The position numbers were made by a program, and so were the translations under genes. From Kudoa neothunni (taxonomy: Eukaryota; Animalia; Cnidaria): 64,000 nucleotides of DNA. This document shows positions 1-14,931 of this stretch, piece by piece (position 1 is the stretch's first letter; the number at the start of each line of letters is the position of its first letter). The stretch spans positions 9,865,315-9,929,314 of the forward strand of contig OZ199840.1 of the NCBI GenBank assembly GCA_964304625.1, read 5' to 3'. Under the pieces are notes generated by a model, which was not told where the DNA came from, searched no databases, and worked only from the letters and a program-made list of their open reading frames with translations.

Positions 1-629
1 ACGTAATGTACTGCTTTGAGTGACCAGAATCTCTCGTGAGTATTTTAAGTGTGATTCGTACACAATCGAATCTGAATTAAGTCTGGTAAACGATAATTAT
101 TTGATTAATTTTACTGTAAATTCCATGACGTCTTCAGTCTATTATTTTCTATGTATGTATATAATAGAAGATAAAATAAAAATCATAAGTAGTGAAAAAT
201 AAAAACTTATACAATATTCATATCTTAACTCTTTAATATACTAAAAATGGACTGCACTCCGAAGAATTTCGGGTTAAAAAATTACTCCGGATTTTTACAT
301 CTGCGTTCGGACCATAAAATAATATTTAATTTTGGGAAATAAAAATATACAAATTCCCACTGTTAGATTCAGCAGTAATCCTCAAAATCCAACAAAAATT
401 GTGTTTAAAATAATCCATGATAACAATTTTCAATTTAAGCTCAATATTTGAGTAAATTTTACGTTCAAATCGTGTGATAAATATTTTAATTATTATTTGC
501 GCAAAAATAGAACATTTGCAAACACTCATAAAATGAATTCTGAAACAAACAGTAGTTGTTTTGTGTTAATTTTCCGAAAACCAAATATAAATCTTGAAAA
601 TCTTGTTCGCGAATTTGATTGTCTAAGTT
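1..629 (+). pseudogene. Fragment of an unidentified multi-exon coding gene, cut by the window edge and by the tandem repeat
   Basis: Open stretches (RISREYFKCDSYTIES...; NKNIQIPTVRFSSNPQNPTKIVFKII...; TFANTHKMNSETNSSCFVLIFRKPNINLENLVREFDCLSC) are separated by an intron-like GTAAAT...AAAATAG segment (~452-510) and apparent +1 frameshifts. No family recognised. Confidence 0.3.
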
Positions 630-1138
630 GTAGAGGAGTAGAAGAGTAGAGGAGTAGAGGAGTAGAGGAGTAGAGGAGTAGAGGAGTAGAAGAGTAGAGG
701 AGTAGAAGAGTAGAGGAGTAGAAGAGTAGAGGAGTAGAAGAGTAGAGGAGTAGAAGAGTAGAGGAGTAGAAGAGTAGAGGAGTAGAAGAGTAGAGGAGTA
801 GAAGAGTAGAGGAGTAGAAGAGTAGAGGAGTAGAAGAGTAGAGGAGTAGAAGAGTAGAGGAGTAGAAGAGTAGAGGAGTAGAAGAGTAGAGGAGTAGAAG
901 AGTAGAGGAGTAGAAGAGTAGAGGAGTAGAAGAGTAGAGGAGTAGAAGAGTAGAGGAGTAGAAGAGTAGAGGAGTAGAAGAGTAGAGGAGTAGAAGAGTA
1001 GAGGAGTAGAAGAGTAGAGGAGTAGAAGAGTAGAGGAGTAGAAGAGTAGAGGAGTAGAAGAGTAGAGGAGTAGAAGAGTAGAGGAGTAGAAGAGTAGAGG
1101 AGTAGAAGAGTAGAGGAGTAGAAGAGTAGAGGAGTAGA
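630..1138. repeat. Purine-rich tandem array, 16-bp unit GAGGAGTAGAAGAGTA (alternating 8-bp subunits)
   Basis: Directly visible, about 32 units. It explains the spurious 214-aa YSSTPLLF ORF on the minus strand. Confidence 0.97.
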
Positions 1139-1979
1139 TAATATGGGGCTTTACGGAAGTTTTTCTCCATTAATGAAAGATGTAGTAACTATGCCATGAT
1201 TTTCAAAAACTTTCTCCTAATCGTATTATCCCCAAAGCTTTCCTTGTTTATGGAAAACGCATTTATAAATGATAAATCCATTAAATAAAAGAACCACATC
1301 ATAGGTCGTCTTTGTTAATGGCCCGATAAACTTAAAATTTAAACTATGTAATAAGTAACACTTTATCTATCAATTGGTAAGAAAAAATTCATTGGAATAT
1401 AAACATGTTATAATTTTTTTATTTTACATTTTTAGCCATAATATTTAAATATCGTATATTTGTTCTGTTTTTAAAATTACAAATGATCTCACATCCTATG
1501 AAGAGAAAACAAATCAAGTAGCCAAATTCATATTTACTTTGAGGTTTTATACTGGTTCAGCTATGGCAGGGACTATTTGAAAGGTAAATCCTAATCCCAT
1601 CAACTCTTACCCACAAGCGGATTTTCAGATTAATTTTTGTCGATTTTGCTAAATTTAATTATCTACCAAGTAAGAAGCCATTTTAAGTATTATTATTAGC
1701 CTACTTCATTATAAGAAAAACAAGGCATCACAAACCCCTTATTCGAAAATTTCCCCCCAGTTGAGAACTCCTGCATTAGAAGGTGAAAAAAGACGTATTT
1801 AATACTAATATTGGTAGATATTGTTCCTTAATGGAAACACGTATTTAAACACTGAAGGAGGGGATTACGCTTAAGCGGTGCAATTGAAAATAACCCATTC
1901 TTTTAAAAATTAAAACAAACCAATTATGATAATCGTCCACGCGAATAAAATCAGTGAAAATAAACAATAAGCAAATGGT

Positions 1980-2656
1980 TTAATCGTCAAGTGGCTGAAT
2001 AGATTCGACTGAATCGTTATTAATGTTATTAACGTTATTAACTTTTGGTGCAGCGATTGAAGTATCGTCAATTGAGGACGAGGCTCCTGGCGCCAAATTA
2101 ACAAAGTCGAGGTTGGTTATGATTTTGCAATCACTATCTCTGTGGTAGGCCATCTTATCAGGAACTTCAATTTTGGGACCTTGTACATTTAGGTTTAGAG
2201 CAAACGCCATAATTTCCATAGCCGGTTTAAAAATGTACTAATACAATGGTTAATCAATTAACTAATTATACGACAAATACAAATAATTACATAGAATATT
2301 CGGTTGGCTATTTTGTAAGATTCCCAGGTCTCCTTCTCGGTAAAGAGAAGCCCAGTCAATGCGACCGACAACACAGTTGCAACTGCAAATTTTAATGGCA
2401 TAGAATTTTTCATTTGTTGAACCACACTAAATCGATTGAATCCTTTCCTCGGTACCATCATTAGAGGTGAATATCGTTCCAAATTCGGATCGACAATCTT
2501 AATGTTACTATAATGGCCGGAATATTTGTATCCATTGAATCGATGAAAAAGATAATGATATTCCCTTGCAGAAATAGTTAAACTGGGGAGATTTGGAACG
2601 GTTGATAAAGCTTTTGGAGTTACATTAGTAACTCCCAGTAACAGCCGAGACGACAT
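1980..2656 (-). CDS. Orphan ~207-aa single-pass membrane protein with a mitochondrial-presequence-like N-terminus; exons 2291-2656 and 1980-2237
   Basis: A 53-nt GTAATT...TAG intron (2238-2290) joins the two listed ORFs in frame (RIFY|YIFKPAMEIM). The N-terminus is S/R/L-rich with no acidic residue in the first ~30 aa. Hydrophobic segment FAVATVLSVALTGLLF. Confidence 0.7.
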
Positions 2657-2683
2657 ACGAACGAACTTTTAAATATTCTTAGG

Positions 2684-2696
2684 TGCGCTTGCGCCC
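2684..2696. promoter_or_regulatory. NRF1/ewg-like GC motif TGCGCTTGCGCCC in a 245-bp bidirectional promoter
   Basis: Lies between the divergent ATGs at 2656 (-) and 2902 (+). An identical 13-mer occurs upstream of GINS1. Confidence 0.55.
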
Positions 2697-2901
2697 GTAT
2701 AAAATGGATTATTCAAAATTTTTGTTTGCTACTTAACCACTACACACTGTCATAAATCACACCGAACAAAATAAGAAGATGTGAAATGATTAAATAAATT
2801 ATCGTTTAATCTTTAAGATGTTTAAAAACGGATAGCGCCGTTGATCAAATTGAAACGTGTATGTATAATCACCGTTTAAACTTCGGAATCCGAAGATAAA
2901 A

Positions 2902-4613
<1,712 letters not shown>

Positions 4614-7600
4614 ATAAAATCCCATTATTATTGCTTTTCATTTCGATAACGATTACTGAAACATTATTGTTGTTTTATTTCACTTTTATTCTTCATTTTT
4701 TGAGTTACCTAATTATCAGCGCGAATTCTCTGTACGATTAATTTCATTTTGATATCAAATAAATTTTCCACTTTTTTAGATTGTTTATTATTATTTTTAA
4801 GATGTATCAGTGTTTGGTAAATTATTACTTAGTTATCCATAGCGACAAAATTAAATAATTAATGTGAGTTAACTATTAACGAAAATAAAAAGCGGTGTCT
4901 ATTGGCGTACTAATAGATATCTCTGAATCTTTATATTCTCAGAAGACATCAATTTATACTTTTAAGCACATTGTTTTCTGTATGTATTGTTATTATAAAA
5001 ATATCCTAGAGATGGCTTTTATTTAGTTATCGGTGAATAATAAATATTATACCTCGGCTTTTAATGTGCCAAAGAAACGTTTTCATTAATTGAACATTAA
5101 GAATGAATGAATGAATAAATGAATGAATGAATAGATGTATAATTATATTATACATAAATTCATGAATAAATTTATGAGTGAGATTGCTGGATTTAAATAT
5201 AAAAGTTAACTAAACACCTAAAATTGTTTATTTTTAACTCTAAAATTAGTATCAATATCAATATCAATTATAGGTTGTATTGACGTTTTAATGTGCATCA
5301 TTAAAGGTTACATTCTTTATGTTAATCCTATCTTGATCTTCTGTAGTATAAATCATTAGTGACTTTTAGTTTCTCCTTCATAATTAAAATTTGCTAAAAA
5401 AACAAAGGATGTTCTAAACAAGAGAAATTTATTTTAGATAATATGAATAAGGGAATTTTTAATGATATTTATTTTCCTGTTGTAGAAATTTTCAGTTATT
5501 AAAGCTTTCCAACGTAAACTAACACTTTCAAAGTACAAAAAATCGGATATATTGAAATAGATGATATTGTAAACTTTTCAAGAAATGTCATTCGCTTATG
5601 AAGCAATAGAATACCGAAATGTGTCTGCTGACTTTCACATTTATAATAATGAAAACATTAGCATATATTTTAACTAAAATTGGAATCTAATCTGACTTTG
5701 TTGGATTATTTATTGTGTGAAAAATGTTATTATAAACCATGAGAGGTATTTTCCTACAATATTTTTAATTTATCGGCTCTTTAACTCTCGTCAATTCATC
5801 AAAAAATTTCCAACAAATTATTTATTTTTTACAAATTAATCAATAGGTTTAATATTTTATAGAATTCTCCCCGTTTTAAAATATTTACTCATATGCATTT
5901 ATTGTAGCGATCATCATGCTTACAGTCGGTGTTAATGCCAGAATTACTTTTATTATGGTGTATCCTCTTCGGTAACAACATAATACTTAATTTTAGATTA
6001 GATCAGATCAGATCAGATCAGAAATGGGAATGTATATCAAATTTGTTCGATATAAACCATAAAATTATAAATGCTCTAAAGGCTTTAATAAACCTATACA
6101 GGTATAAATATATAAAATTCCAACGTGATAAAACCCCAAGCTTGAACTAAAATGGTTATTTGAAACAATATTAAAAGTAATTAGAAATATTTCATCTTAT
6201 TGTCTTTTTTTAAGTTGTATAAATTCCCCTCGTATTGAATGATATTTAAACAATTATTCGCAGAAATATTTTTTATCAACACTTTTATAAGTAGTAAAGT
6301 CCATAAGTTGATCACATTATCATTATAAAAATTTCATGATAAAATTTTTATTATAAAATGATCATAACTTTTTATTTAACCATAATCATTTGATACAAAA
6401 AATATATAAACTAAAAAGAGTATTTTTTGATTGTACTTACTCTTTTATTTGTCCACAGTTAATATACATAAAATGATAGAGTATATAATTTAGATTGAGA
6501 TGTGTAAAGCTTACTAAAACGGTTCTATCATATAACATTGCCCACGAAACACTGTAAAAATTTTTAGTTACATTTAATCTTAACTTAGAAATTAATATAT
6601 GGCCGTAAAATAGGGTTTCATTGGTTTTTGGAAATTTACCGAAAATTTCACGTGTGCCGAAGGATGTTGTACTCGGTCGGGATTTGGCATGAAGACTAGA
6701 ACTTATCAAAATTAGCTGAACCGATACCCTCTATATTATTTATTTTAACAATCATGAAGGTATAGTCGAAAAAATATGCCTAAAAGAGTGTCTTTTAGAT
6801 ACCTAATCCTACTTAATTATTGGACCGAGAACTCACTTTCTCCATACTAAATTAATATTTCATTATTGAATTTCCCTAACTTTAAGTGTTAGCACATATT
6901 TTTACAATAGGTTATTTAAATAAACTTATTGTAAACAGGGTACAGCTGGAGTTAATGAAATTCCCGGCATTAGTTCGATCCTGTGACTTACTACATATAA
7001 TCCTCAATATGGGATTAAAAAATTCTCGATTTTAGGCCAAATGTACCTCGGTATTTGATTTTTTGATCTTTAACTCACTCAATGATGTCTATTGCATTAA
7101 ATCGTCATTTTATATTTTTGAGTAATATCCCTGTTTCTAATTTTTGTCAGTCATGGGGATTAAATTTAACCGTGCCAATAAAATACACCAATCAATAAAC
7201 AAGATTTCTCCACAATACCGATTAATCACGTGATTTTCATTATATCTATTTTCCACCCCAGTTTAATTCTTATTAACTAATAATTCACAAAAAAATATTC
7301 TAAAATTAAAAACCACAACATCTATAATATTTATAAAGTATAAACTATTTTTAGGAAACTACGCAAAACTATTTATTTACTTTAACTAGTAATATGCTAC
7401 AACTTCATTTTATTATTTTTTTTAAAAGTATCATTGACATTGATTAAGAATGCGCCAAAAATTACACTTCAGCAAAAATTGATACATAATAAGATTATTT
7501 TTTGTCTAAGATCCGATAAACAATTTTATCGATTCACTTTAGTTAACAAACTTCACTAGAATAGGGGACATCTTTAAAATACGGGTATCGCGCAAATCCT

Positions 7601-7835
7601 TCTATATTGCGTACAACTTTTCTGTTAAATATATTTTTATTTCTACAAATTTATTTGATATTTCTTTAAAGAATTACTTATTTATGTAAACGTAATTTTC
7701 ATATCAAAATATTGAATGTGAATAGTTTTCGAAATTATCTTTAACTTCACATCTAAGTTTCACATCACTGAAAAAATTAGCATCAACTTAATTCAATCAA
7801 CAGTTGTATATTACACAAAAATAATGTTTATTCGT

Positions 7836-7845
7836 CGCATGCGCA
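7836..7845. promoter_or_regulatory. NRF1-like site CGCATGCGCA upstream of ARL2
   Basis: Near-consensus YGCGCAYGCGCR, about 100 bp upstream of ATG 7948 in an AT-rich background. Confidence 0.5.
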
Positions 7846-7947
7846 GATCATAAACAAATCTTGAAGCCGCTATTGTTCACCAATAACCCATTGTTAATAT
7901 TTATACATTAAATTCATATTTTGCAAACGTGAGAGTCAAACGGATTA

Positions 7948-8721
7948 ATGGTCTTACGAAAAATTGTTCAAAAAATAGTGAAAAAAGAAAAAGAACTCCG
8001 ATTTCTAATTCTGTAATTATAACAGCTGTCCCTGATTGTTACCATTGAATCTTAGTGGTCTTGACAATGCAGGAAAAACTACTATAATTAAAAAGATAAA
8101 TGATGAAGATATAAACGAAGTGGCTCCAACATTGGGATTCAACATCAAATCGTTCAAATATAACGAGTGATTTGATTTTATAGTGGATCGATCACTAAAA
8201 TAGAATCAACACACAATAGATACACATTGAACATATGGGACGTTGGGGGACAAAAGTCGTTACGTTCATACTGGAAAAATTATTTCGAAACAACAGATGG
8301 TTTGATTTGGGTGATTGATAGTGCTGATGTGGACCGATTGGAAGATTGTCGCAATGAGTTACATTCACTTTTAAAAGAAGAAGTATAAAGAAATAAAATC
8401 CAGAAAAAATCCTGTTACTTAATTACTTATATACTTTGTTATTTAGAGATTGTTAGGAGCTACTCTCCTGTTGATGGCAAACAAACTCGATTTAGCCCAA
8501 TGCATTATCAGTGGAGCAGCTTATACAGGTGGTTATCAAAAATTACATCCATTTTTGTTATATGATATTAATATCAAATATAGTCGTTGGATATTGATCG
8601 AATAATTTCGCACAATTATCGAATAATAGGATGTAGTGCTGTGACTGGAGAGAATATTTTTGAAGGATTTCAGTGGTTAGTTGACGATATATCACATCGA
8701 ATTTATCCATTTAACAAATGA
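7948..8721 (+). CDS. ARL2: ADP-ribosylation factor-like GTPase 2; exons 7948-8012, 8056-8166, 8220-8382, 8447-8528, 8584-8721, with one apparent +1 frameshift near 8495
   Basis: [78 protein letters not shown] and [11 protein letters not shown] are all ARL2-type. Exon 4 is 82 nt where 81 is needed. Confidence 0.93.
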
Positions 8722-8801
8722 GTTTTTTAACTCAGTGGTTTGTGCATTTTAAAATAAGATGATGCCTTTTAAATTGCGCTGCGTTACTCAAGTGCACTTA
8801 C

Positions 8802-11800
8802 CATGTTGGAACCGGAAAGAAATTTGACATTAAAGCTTTCGTCAAAAAACTATTGTATACATTAGCATTAAGCATTTATATTCTTATTAACCTACCACGG
8901 GATTCGATACTGCGCAATTTGATCGGCATGAAATTCCATAATTTTTGAAAAACAATATGGGGTGAATTGCATTTTTGATGTATAAAACATCGTCAAAACT
9001 TGGTCGTGCTTAGTGCAATAAACTTAAACTTCAAAAAAAGCTATCTAATCTAATACTAAATTTGTAATGCCTAGCAACATTTGCCAGACTGGACAACACA
9101 TCCAGCATCGGAATACAATCTCCGAGTTTGTAGAGACTGTTTAGGTCTTCTCGAATATTTTCTAGTAGATCACGAAGGATCCTAATTTTTCAAAAATTTT
9201 ATTGTAGTTTTTGAATATTTCTCATAATACGAGTTGGTAATGTAATAAATTTCTTTTAGTGTTTCGCCCAACCTGCCTGTTAGAATTGAATTTAGAGTTA
9301 GTAATTGTTTTAAAAAAGGTATCTTTTTATGTTACCGTTTAGTTTGACCTATTGTAATAGAACAAATTATTAATAAGTAAGATATATTGTTGAGAATTAT
9401 AGTTACAATATCTTCGGTGGTTATTTGAATCTGATTTTTAATTTCAGAAATGGGTATAATTTCATCGTCAATAAAATCCAACGGTTGACTTAAATTGGTA
9501 TTGGTTGGAAAACACTGCAAAGTTTGTGTATTTTTGTGTCTTTTTGTTGGATTGTTTGATGGAGAATTCACTACTTTTATGTAGAAACCTCGCTGTTTAT
9601 TATAGGCTGGCGTCATTTTTAGGCTAGTTTTCTCAGACAAATTCTCGATAATTTCTACACATAAATAACACTCCTATCCAGATTTATATTATTTTGTCCC
9701 ACTGTTTATATCTTCAATAGTTTGATTGTAGGTCAAACGTGATACATCCAACATTCCATTAATATTCGGCTAATGAATCGAATGATTAACTTAATAGTTA
9801 ATTAAAAATACCTTAATCGAATACACTCGCTGCATTCTCATTAACAACGTACTGCCGCATTTGTGTTTCACATCTTCATGAATTATATATTTTATCGAAT
9901 TAAGAATTGATGGATAGGTTTTGTCACATATCATCTTAAAATATATGAAATATTATTAGCCTGTTGTATTGTAATCGATTTAAAATTTAAGATATTCGGT
10001 AAAAATAATAACTCGTTTATTTATCTAAGTATATTTTGAATAATTACATCTCGAATATCTTTGAACGCTCGCGACTCAAGGCAACTTAAACATTCTATGA
10101 TGCTAGGCAAAAGTTCTAGAGCATGCTTGAGTATAATTATTGAATTGATTAGCGTTTCTGAGGTCGTAACATTGTCTAACTGTCTCCTACTGGTTGTAAG
10201 TGATGCTATACTTCCTTGTACATCACAGTATTTTCCCAATACTAATTTGAAATTGTTTTAACTACTATACTATAACCCTAATAATGCTATACAGGAATTG
10301 AGTTGAGCGGATGTTTCCTAAAAAAATTATTTGTTGATGCCCACAAAATGTCACTTTATTTTCAATCAGTTCTATTTCAATTTAGTTAGATAATATGATC
10401 AATTTACTATTAAACTACCTTCAATTGCATCCTGACGTTCGATAATAGTCTGTAGATCTACTCATGCAGATTATGGATTACGTATTTTACAAGATGTAGT
10501 AACGTCTTAGTGAGTTCGGTTACCTGTTGTAGGTTGGATTTAAGATTTTCCTTAGTAATTTTTCTAGAAAAATTAAATATTAAAAGTTTGTTTATATAAA
10601 TCCTAAAAGCGAGATGTGGGATGTATCTATGAACTATTTTTAAGTATAGACTCTTATGCTAAACAGAATTGAGATCAAAAAATTACCAAACTCATCTGAA
10701 TTAATTACCATTATCAAATTTATCGCAACAGGCAGAAATAATTTCAAGTCTGTAATTAGTATTATTTGGCTAGTGATATTTTATAAAAAATTTTTTATAA
10801 TTTAATCAGACTACAATTAATTAAGGCTCGCCCTATTATAAATGATAATCAGACTACAATTAATTAAGGCTCGCCCTATTATAAATGATGCAATGAATTT
10901 CACATTTAATTTTCAAGACAAAGAACTATTAATAACTATAAAGTTAATAATTTTATCAATGATTACTCGTTTATTATGGTGAGTTTACATTAAATATGTT
11001 TCAAATTTTACGAGTGAATTTATTTAGCTTAACTTTAATCAATTATACCTACATATTAATTTTTGTAAACCAAATTCTGGTTTAAATTATTAAAAATATT
11101 TTTCTAGAATTTTTTCTTGTTTTAAATGATGCTAATTAGCTTAATTTAATGTATATCTACTTGAATTTAAAACAAGATTCTAATAATATTTAAATATGAC
11201 TACTAATACAGAAAAGTTTAATGTTAAGTATATAAGTCATTTTGATCTCAACCCCTATTTATATGTGATATATCCATTTGATTTTTTAAAATCTACTACC
11301 CTCAACTATTTCTACGCTATGAAGAGGAGTAGACATGAGTCAGAAATAATTAATGTATAAATAAATTTTGACTAGATATTATTGTCATTCTGGAAGAAAA
11401 TTCAAAATATAATAAACTATCTACACCTATTAGATCTTATAATAAAACTACCGACTAAAGACATACTCAATAAAGGAATAAGATCCATAAATAACTGTTA
11501 TATTCTCAACTCACCTAAATAAAATTGACTAATTAACTTAATTTTCTATTTAGAAAGGAAAGCTTTGAAATTTATAAAGTGGTATTATCCTGGTGTTATG
11601 TTAACAATAAAGCCTAATTAAAGTTATCTAGGTAAAAATTTGCTGCTATTATTCAATTTTATACTTCCCGCTTTAGTTTTTGTCCTATTTAAGCAGCCTA
11701 ATAAGGATCCGGATATTTGTTGGTCTTGCAGATTTTCGACGATTTCAAGCATTTTTACTGTGGAATGCTCTAAAAAGTCTCTAGAAATTAGATTTAAATG

Positions 11801-12850
11801 TAAAGATTACTCATAAAAAGTTTATCTTGATAGGAACCGATTCTGATTCGGAGAGAATTAGCGGCAAAGTCTATCCCAATGTCGTTTTGTATAAAGAATA
11901 GGAGCCCCTAACAGGCGAACAAGTCAATTAGAGTTAAGTGGGGAAATTTAATATGAGTACTGATATAGCCTCTAAACAGAAAGCCCTAAACATGTACATG
12001 AGATATAACCGCGGAAAACAAAACGTGCACATCTCGGAAATTTTGATATTTTCAACATAGGAACTTTTGTTGGCTACGATTTTCAGCAATTCTATTCCTT
12101 TCTTCTTTTGGTAAACGTTGGCCTCCATTGGTATCGGGTTAGCATTTGGAAGTGCATTAACTATAGATCTATATATGGATCCGATTTCGACTCCATCCTC
12201 AACCATCCATGATGGCACGATCAACTATTTTAATAATTCAGACTGTTGTAATACGAAATGTGCATTACATGTGTTGGATCAAGTACACTGATAAAGTGTA
12301 TTGATTCAGTGTAATCATGGGAATCATTAAACTTGGGCTCATTATCAAATTGTTACAACAATATTGCTACTTGGTTCAGGTGTATTTCGAATCCGGATAG
12401 ATCTATGCCGGCAATTCCAACAATATTCTTTTTTGAGTTTCGACCTTGAGATACACCTACAATATTAAATATATCTCAAATTATTAGTTTCTAAATAAGC
12501 TGAAAAAATTTGATCGATTTGCATACAGACAATAACGTCGTTAGATTGCTCAGTACGTGCGATACTCGCATCAATGCAGGTCTTGGATGAAGAACATCCA
12601 CTTTTAAGAGTTGCGCTTAATCGAATATCGTGATCTCTTGAAGTGTATAAACAGATAATATGATATAAATCTAATTTACAGTGGTATTATTGGAGTTTCT
12701 ATTGGAAGACTGCCTGGAAAGCGAGGAGTTGACGTGCCAACGATGCTGAAAGCATTGTCAATCAAATGTGTTGAACTGATACTGTCTAAGATTAGTTTTC
12801 ATCTCATGAAAGAAACAAAGATGAAACCAACCTTGATTGCTATCTACCAT
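8802..12850 (-). CDS. MSH4: Meiotic MutS homolog MSH4, from the N-terminus to the first half of the Walker A motif; the rest of the ATPase domain is not found in the window
   Basis: Spliced segments VIVCVSQGRNSKKNIVGIAGIDLSGFEIHLNQFND, LLGCLNRTKTKAG, TIIERQDAIEELI, PNINGMLDVSRLTY, MLDVLSSLANVA, RPSFDDVLYIKNAIHPIL and FLSGSNM match MSH4 in order. The last visible exon ends at a GTAAGT donor at 8801. Confidence 0.88.
10803..10889. repeat. Exact tandem duplication of a 43-bp unit inside an MSH4 intron
   Basis: TAATCAGACTACAATTAATTAAGGCTCGCCCTATTATAAATGA x2. A related degenerate sequence occurs near 26125-26155. Confidence 0.92.
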
Positions 12851-13714
12851 ACGTTGGCAATTTTCACGGTTTAATCGTTTAAATGAAAAGTGCTGACTGC
12901 AATTAGGTTTAATTGCCTAAAACGTTTTGTCACAAAACCAACTCACACATTTTCAATTAAATTTATTGGCCAACGTGATAATGATAATTAAAAGATTTGG
13001 AAATATAAAAGGGATATTACGATTTTAATTAGGCTCGTAATAAAGTGTGGAACCAATTATTCCTTACAATAGTTGAACAATGAGTATTCATTAATCTAAG
13101 GTATTGGTCGAAACAACCTATAATTAGATATTTGATGTTGTCAATTAATCCTAATTAAGATATTAAGTTCAAAAAATAAGAATAAATTTTTTATTACAAT
13201 GTAATAATGTCACAGTAAAATCGGAGAAATAGTTTAATATTGCCAGGATTAAACAATCTGTTAATTTATCATGCTGAGAACTACAGTAGTGTATGGCTCC
13301 AACGCAATTTTTAAAAATTTACTTGTTTATTACATATTTTATTTTAATTAAAATTGAAATAGATAGTTCAATACAAAATAAATTATTTCTCAATAGAAAA
13401 TTGGTTTTCAACCAAATATTATGGTTTAAAAATTACTGTATGGATCTGACTCAAAAATGGCTGGAGCGCAGCGCTTAATCTGAACTTTACAAAAAATAAC
13501 GGATAGAGTGTCAATTTTAGCGAAACTAAACCACTTTACACTACAGAAAAACTCTAAATTATAAGGTTTTACGAGTTTATATCATATAATAAAGACGCCA
13601 AGTTCCAATCGATGGAAAAATTTGTCAACAAAAAAGCACGATAATTAAACGGTCTAAATGACCAGTCGCATTTTTGTGTCTTTCCTTGAAAAATAGAATA
13701 GGCAATTCATTATT

Positions 13715-14013
13715 TCTAAGAGAAAATTTTTTTATTATTTCTCGGCTATTTCTTAGCCCACAACAAAATATTTGTCTAATGTATGACTGCTGCTTTTCTT
13801 CGAACACGACCAATGTGCTACAGCCACTGGATCATGGAATTGTTAAAGTTTAAAATGATGCACAAAAGAAATCCAGTGACGTCATTCATACATCAGATCG
13901 AATTTCAAGATTGTGGCTACATTTTAACTAATGCCTTGGATGTTACTCATTCGACAATAAAATTATGGAAATACATTAAAACGGGAACCATAGTTAACTG
14001 CTTTAGGAAATAA
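13715..14013 (+). mobile_element. Degenerate pogo/Tigger (DDE_1) transposase fragment
   Basis: Translates to FSSNTTNVLQPLDHGIVKV* and ...IKLWKYIKTGTIVNCFRK, resembling the pogo PxNTTxxLQPLDxGI and WxxVxxxTIxNCFRK motifs. Interrupted by a stop and a frameshift. Confidence 0.7.
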
Positions 14014-14689
14014 TTTAGCTGATTGAAGATGAGAAATCATTAGAATTAACAAATATAGAGCGTTATTTTTATAAGGAAAAGTATTCAAGTTAATTTTTGT
14101 TTAAAATTAATTTATTATAGATTATATTATCGATGTAAAACTGTTAGTTTTGGTAGAATGCATACGCTATTCGAATGTATCCAGCGCAAAAATGGATACA
14201 ACACAGTGGTTTTCATCTTCCCAATTTCTGCGTTACATCCATACGCTACTGTAGAACGCCCCATAATCAAATAGGATTCACACGCATATTCAGACATGGT
14301 GGGTGACAAAGGAATGCACGAACAGAACAGTTTCTACTTGTTAATAAATGTTTTTACTTTTCATTTCAACAAAAATGTTTATATTACACTATCTTAGGCT
14401 CAAAAAATGTGAGTGTATTTATTGCACAGTGTAAATAAGACAAAGTGTCGAGTTTTTATTCTTTTAATTTTCGAACATTTTTTACGTAAAAAATTAGATT
14501 AAAAATAGTTAAATTCAAATATGAAGTCAGATTTGAAATATCCTATACAATGGAGGAGTTATTCGTTTCCGTGAGAATAGCCACTGTCTTTTCGAATCAG
14601 GACTCATCAATGATTAAGCTGAATCAGCCCACCCCACTTAATAATTAGTAATATCACGTCGTGTCCTACACATCTTAATTCGATGTAGA

Positions 14690-14782
14690 CGTGCCGAAAT
14701 CGATTTTTACCAATCAACAAAAATAACCGTCGAACGATTTTTTAAAATTCGATGGTTTAATCGATCGAAATTCGCCAACCCT
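14690..14782. mobile_element. Solo end of the local hAT family
   Basis: ATCGAT-rich subterminal repeats ending in CCAACCCTA, as at the termini at 19982 and 36159. Confidence 0.55.
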
Positions 14783-14931
14783 AATTATAAGGCAGCGATA
14801 AATATAAAGAATAAACTAATTTTATAACTGATAGCTAATGGATAGAAGGAAATTCTGTTAAGCATAAAGATTCCAACATGGACATAAATTTGGTTTTAAT
14901 TCGCTCAGTATTTGAGATGGACAAGTTGAGG

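Noticed and set aside
538-565. ETNSSCF, resembling the MSH4 motif IETNSSTF
   Set aside because: It is on the plus strand, opposite to MSH4, and the flanks do not match the ATPase domain.
526-1170. 214-aa Leu/Ser/Tyr-rich ORF
   Set aside because: Translation of the 16-bp tandem repeat.
10803-10889. Direct repeat considered as a CRISPR-like array
   Set aside because: Two abutting copies with no spacer, eukaryotic context and no cas genes.
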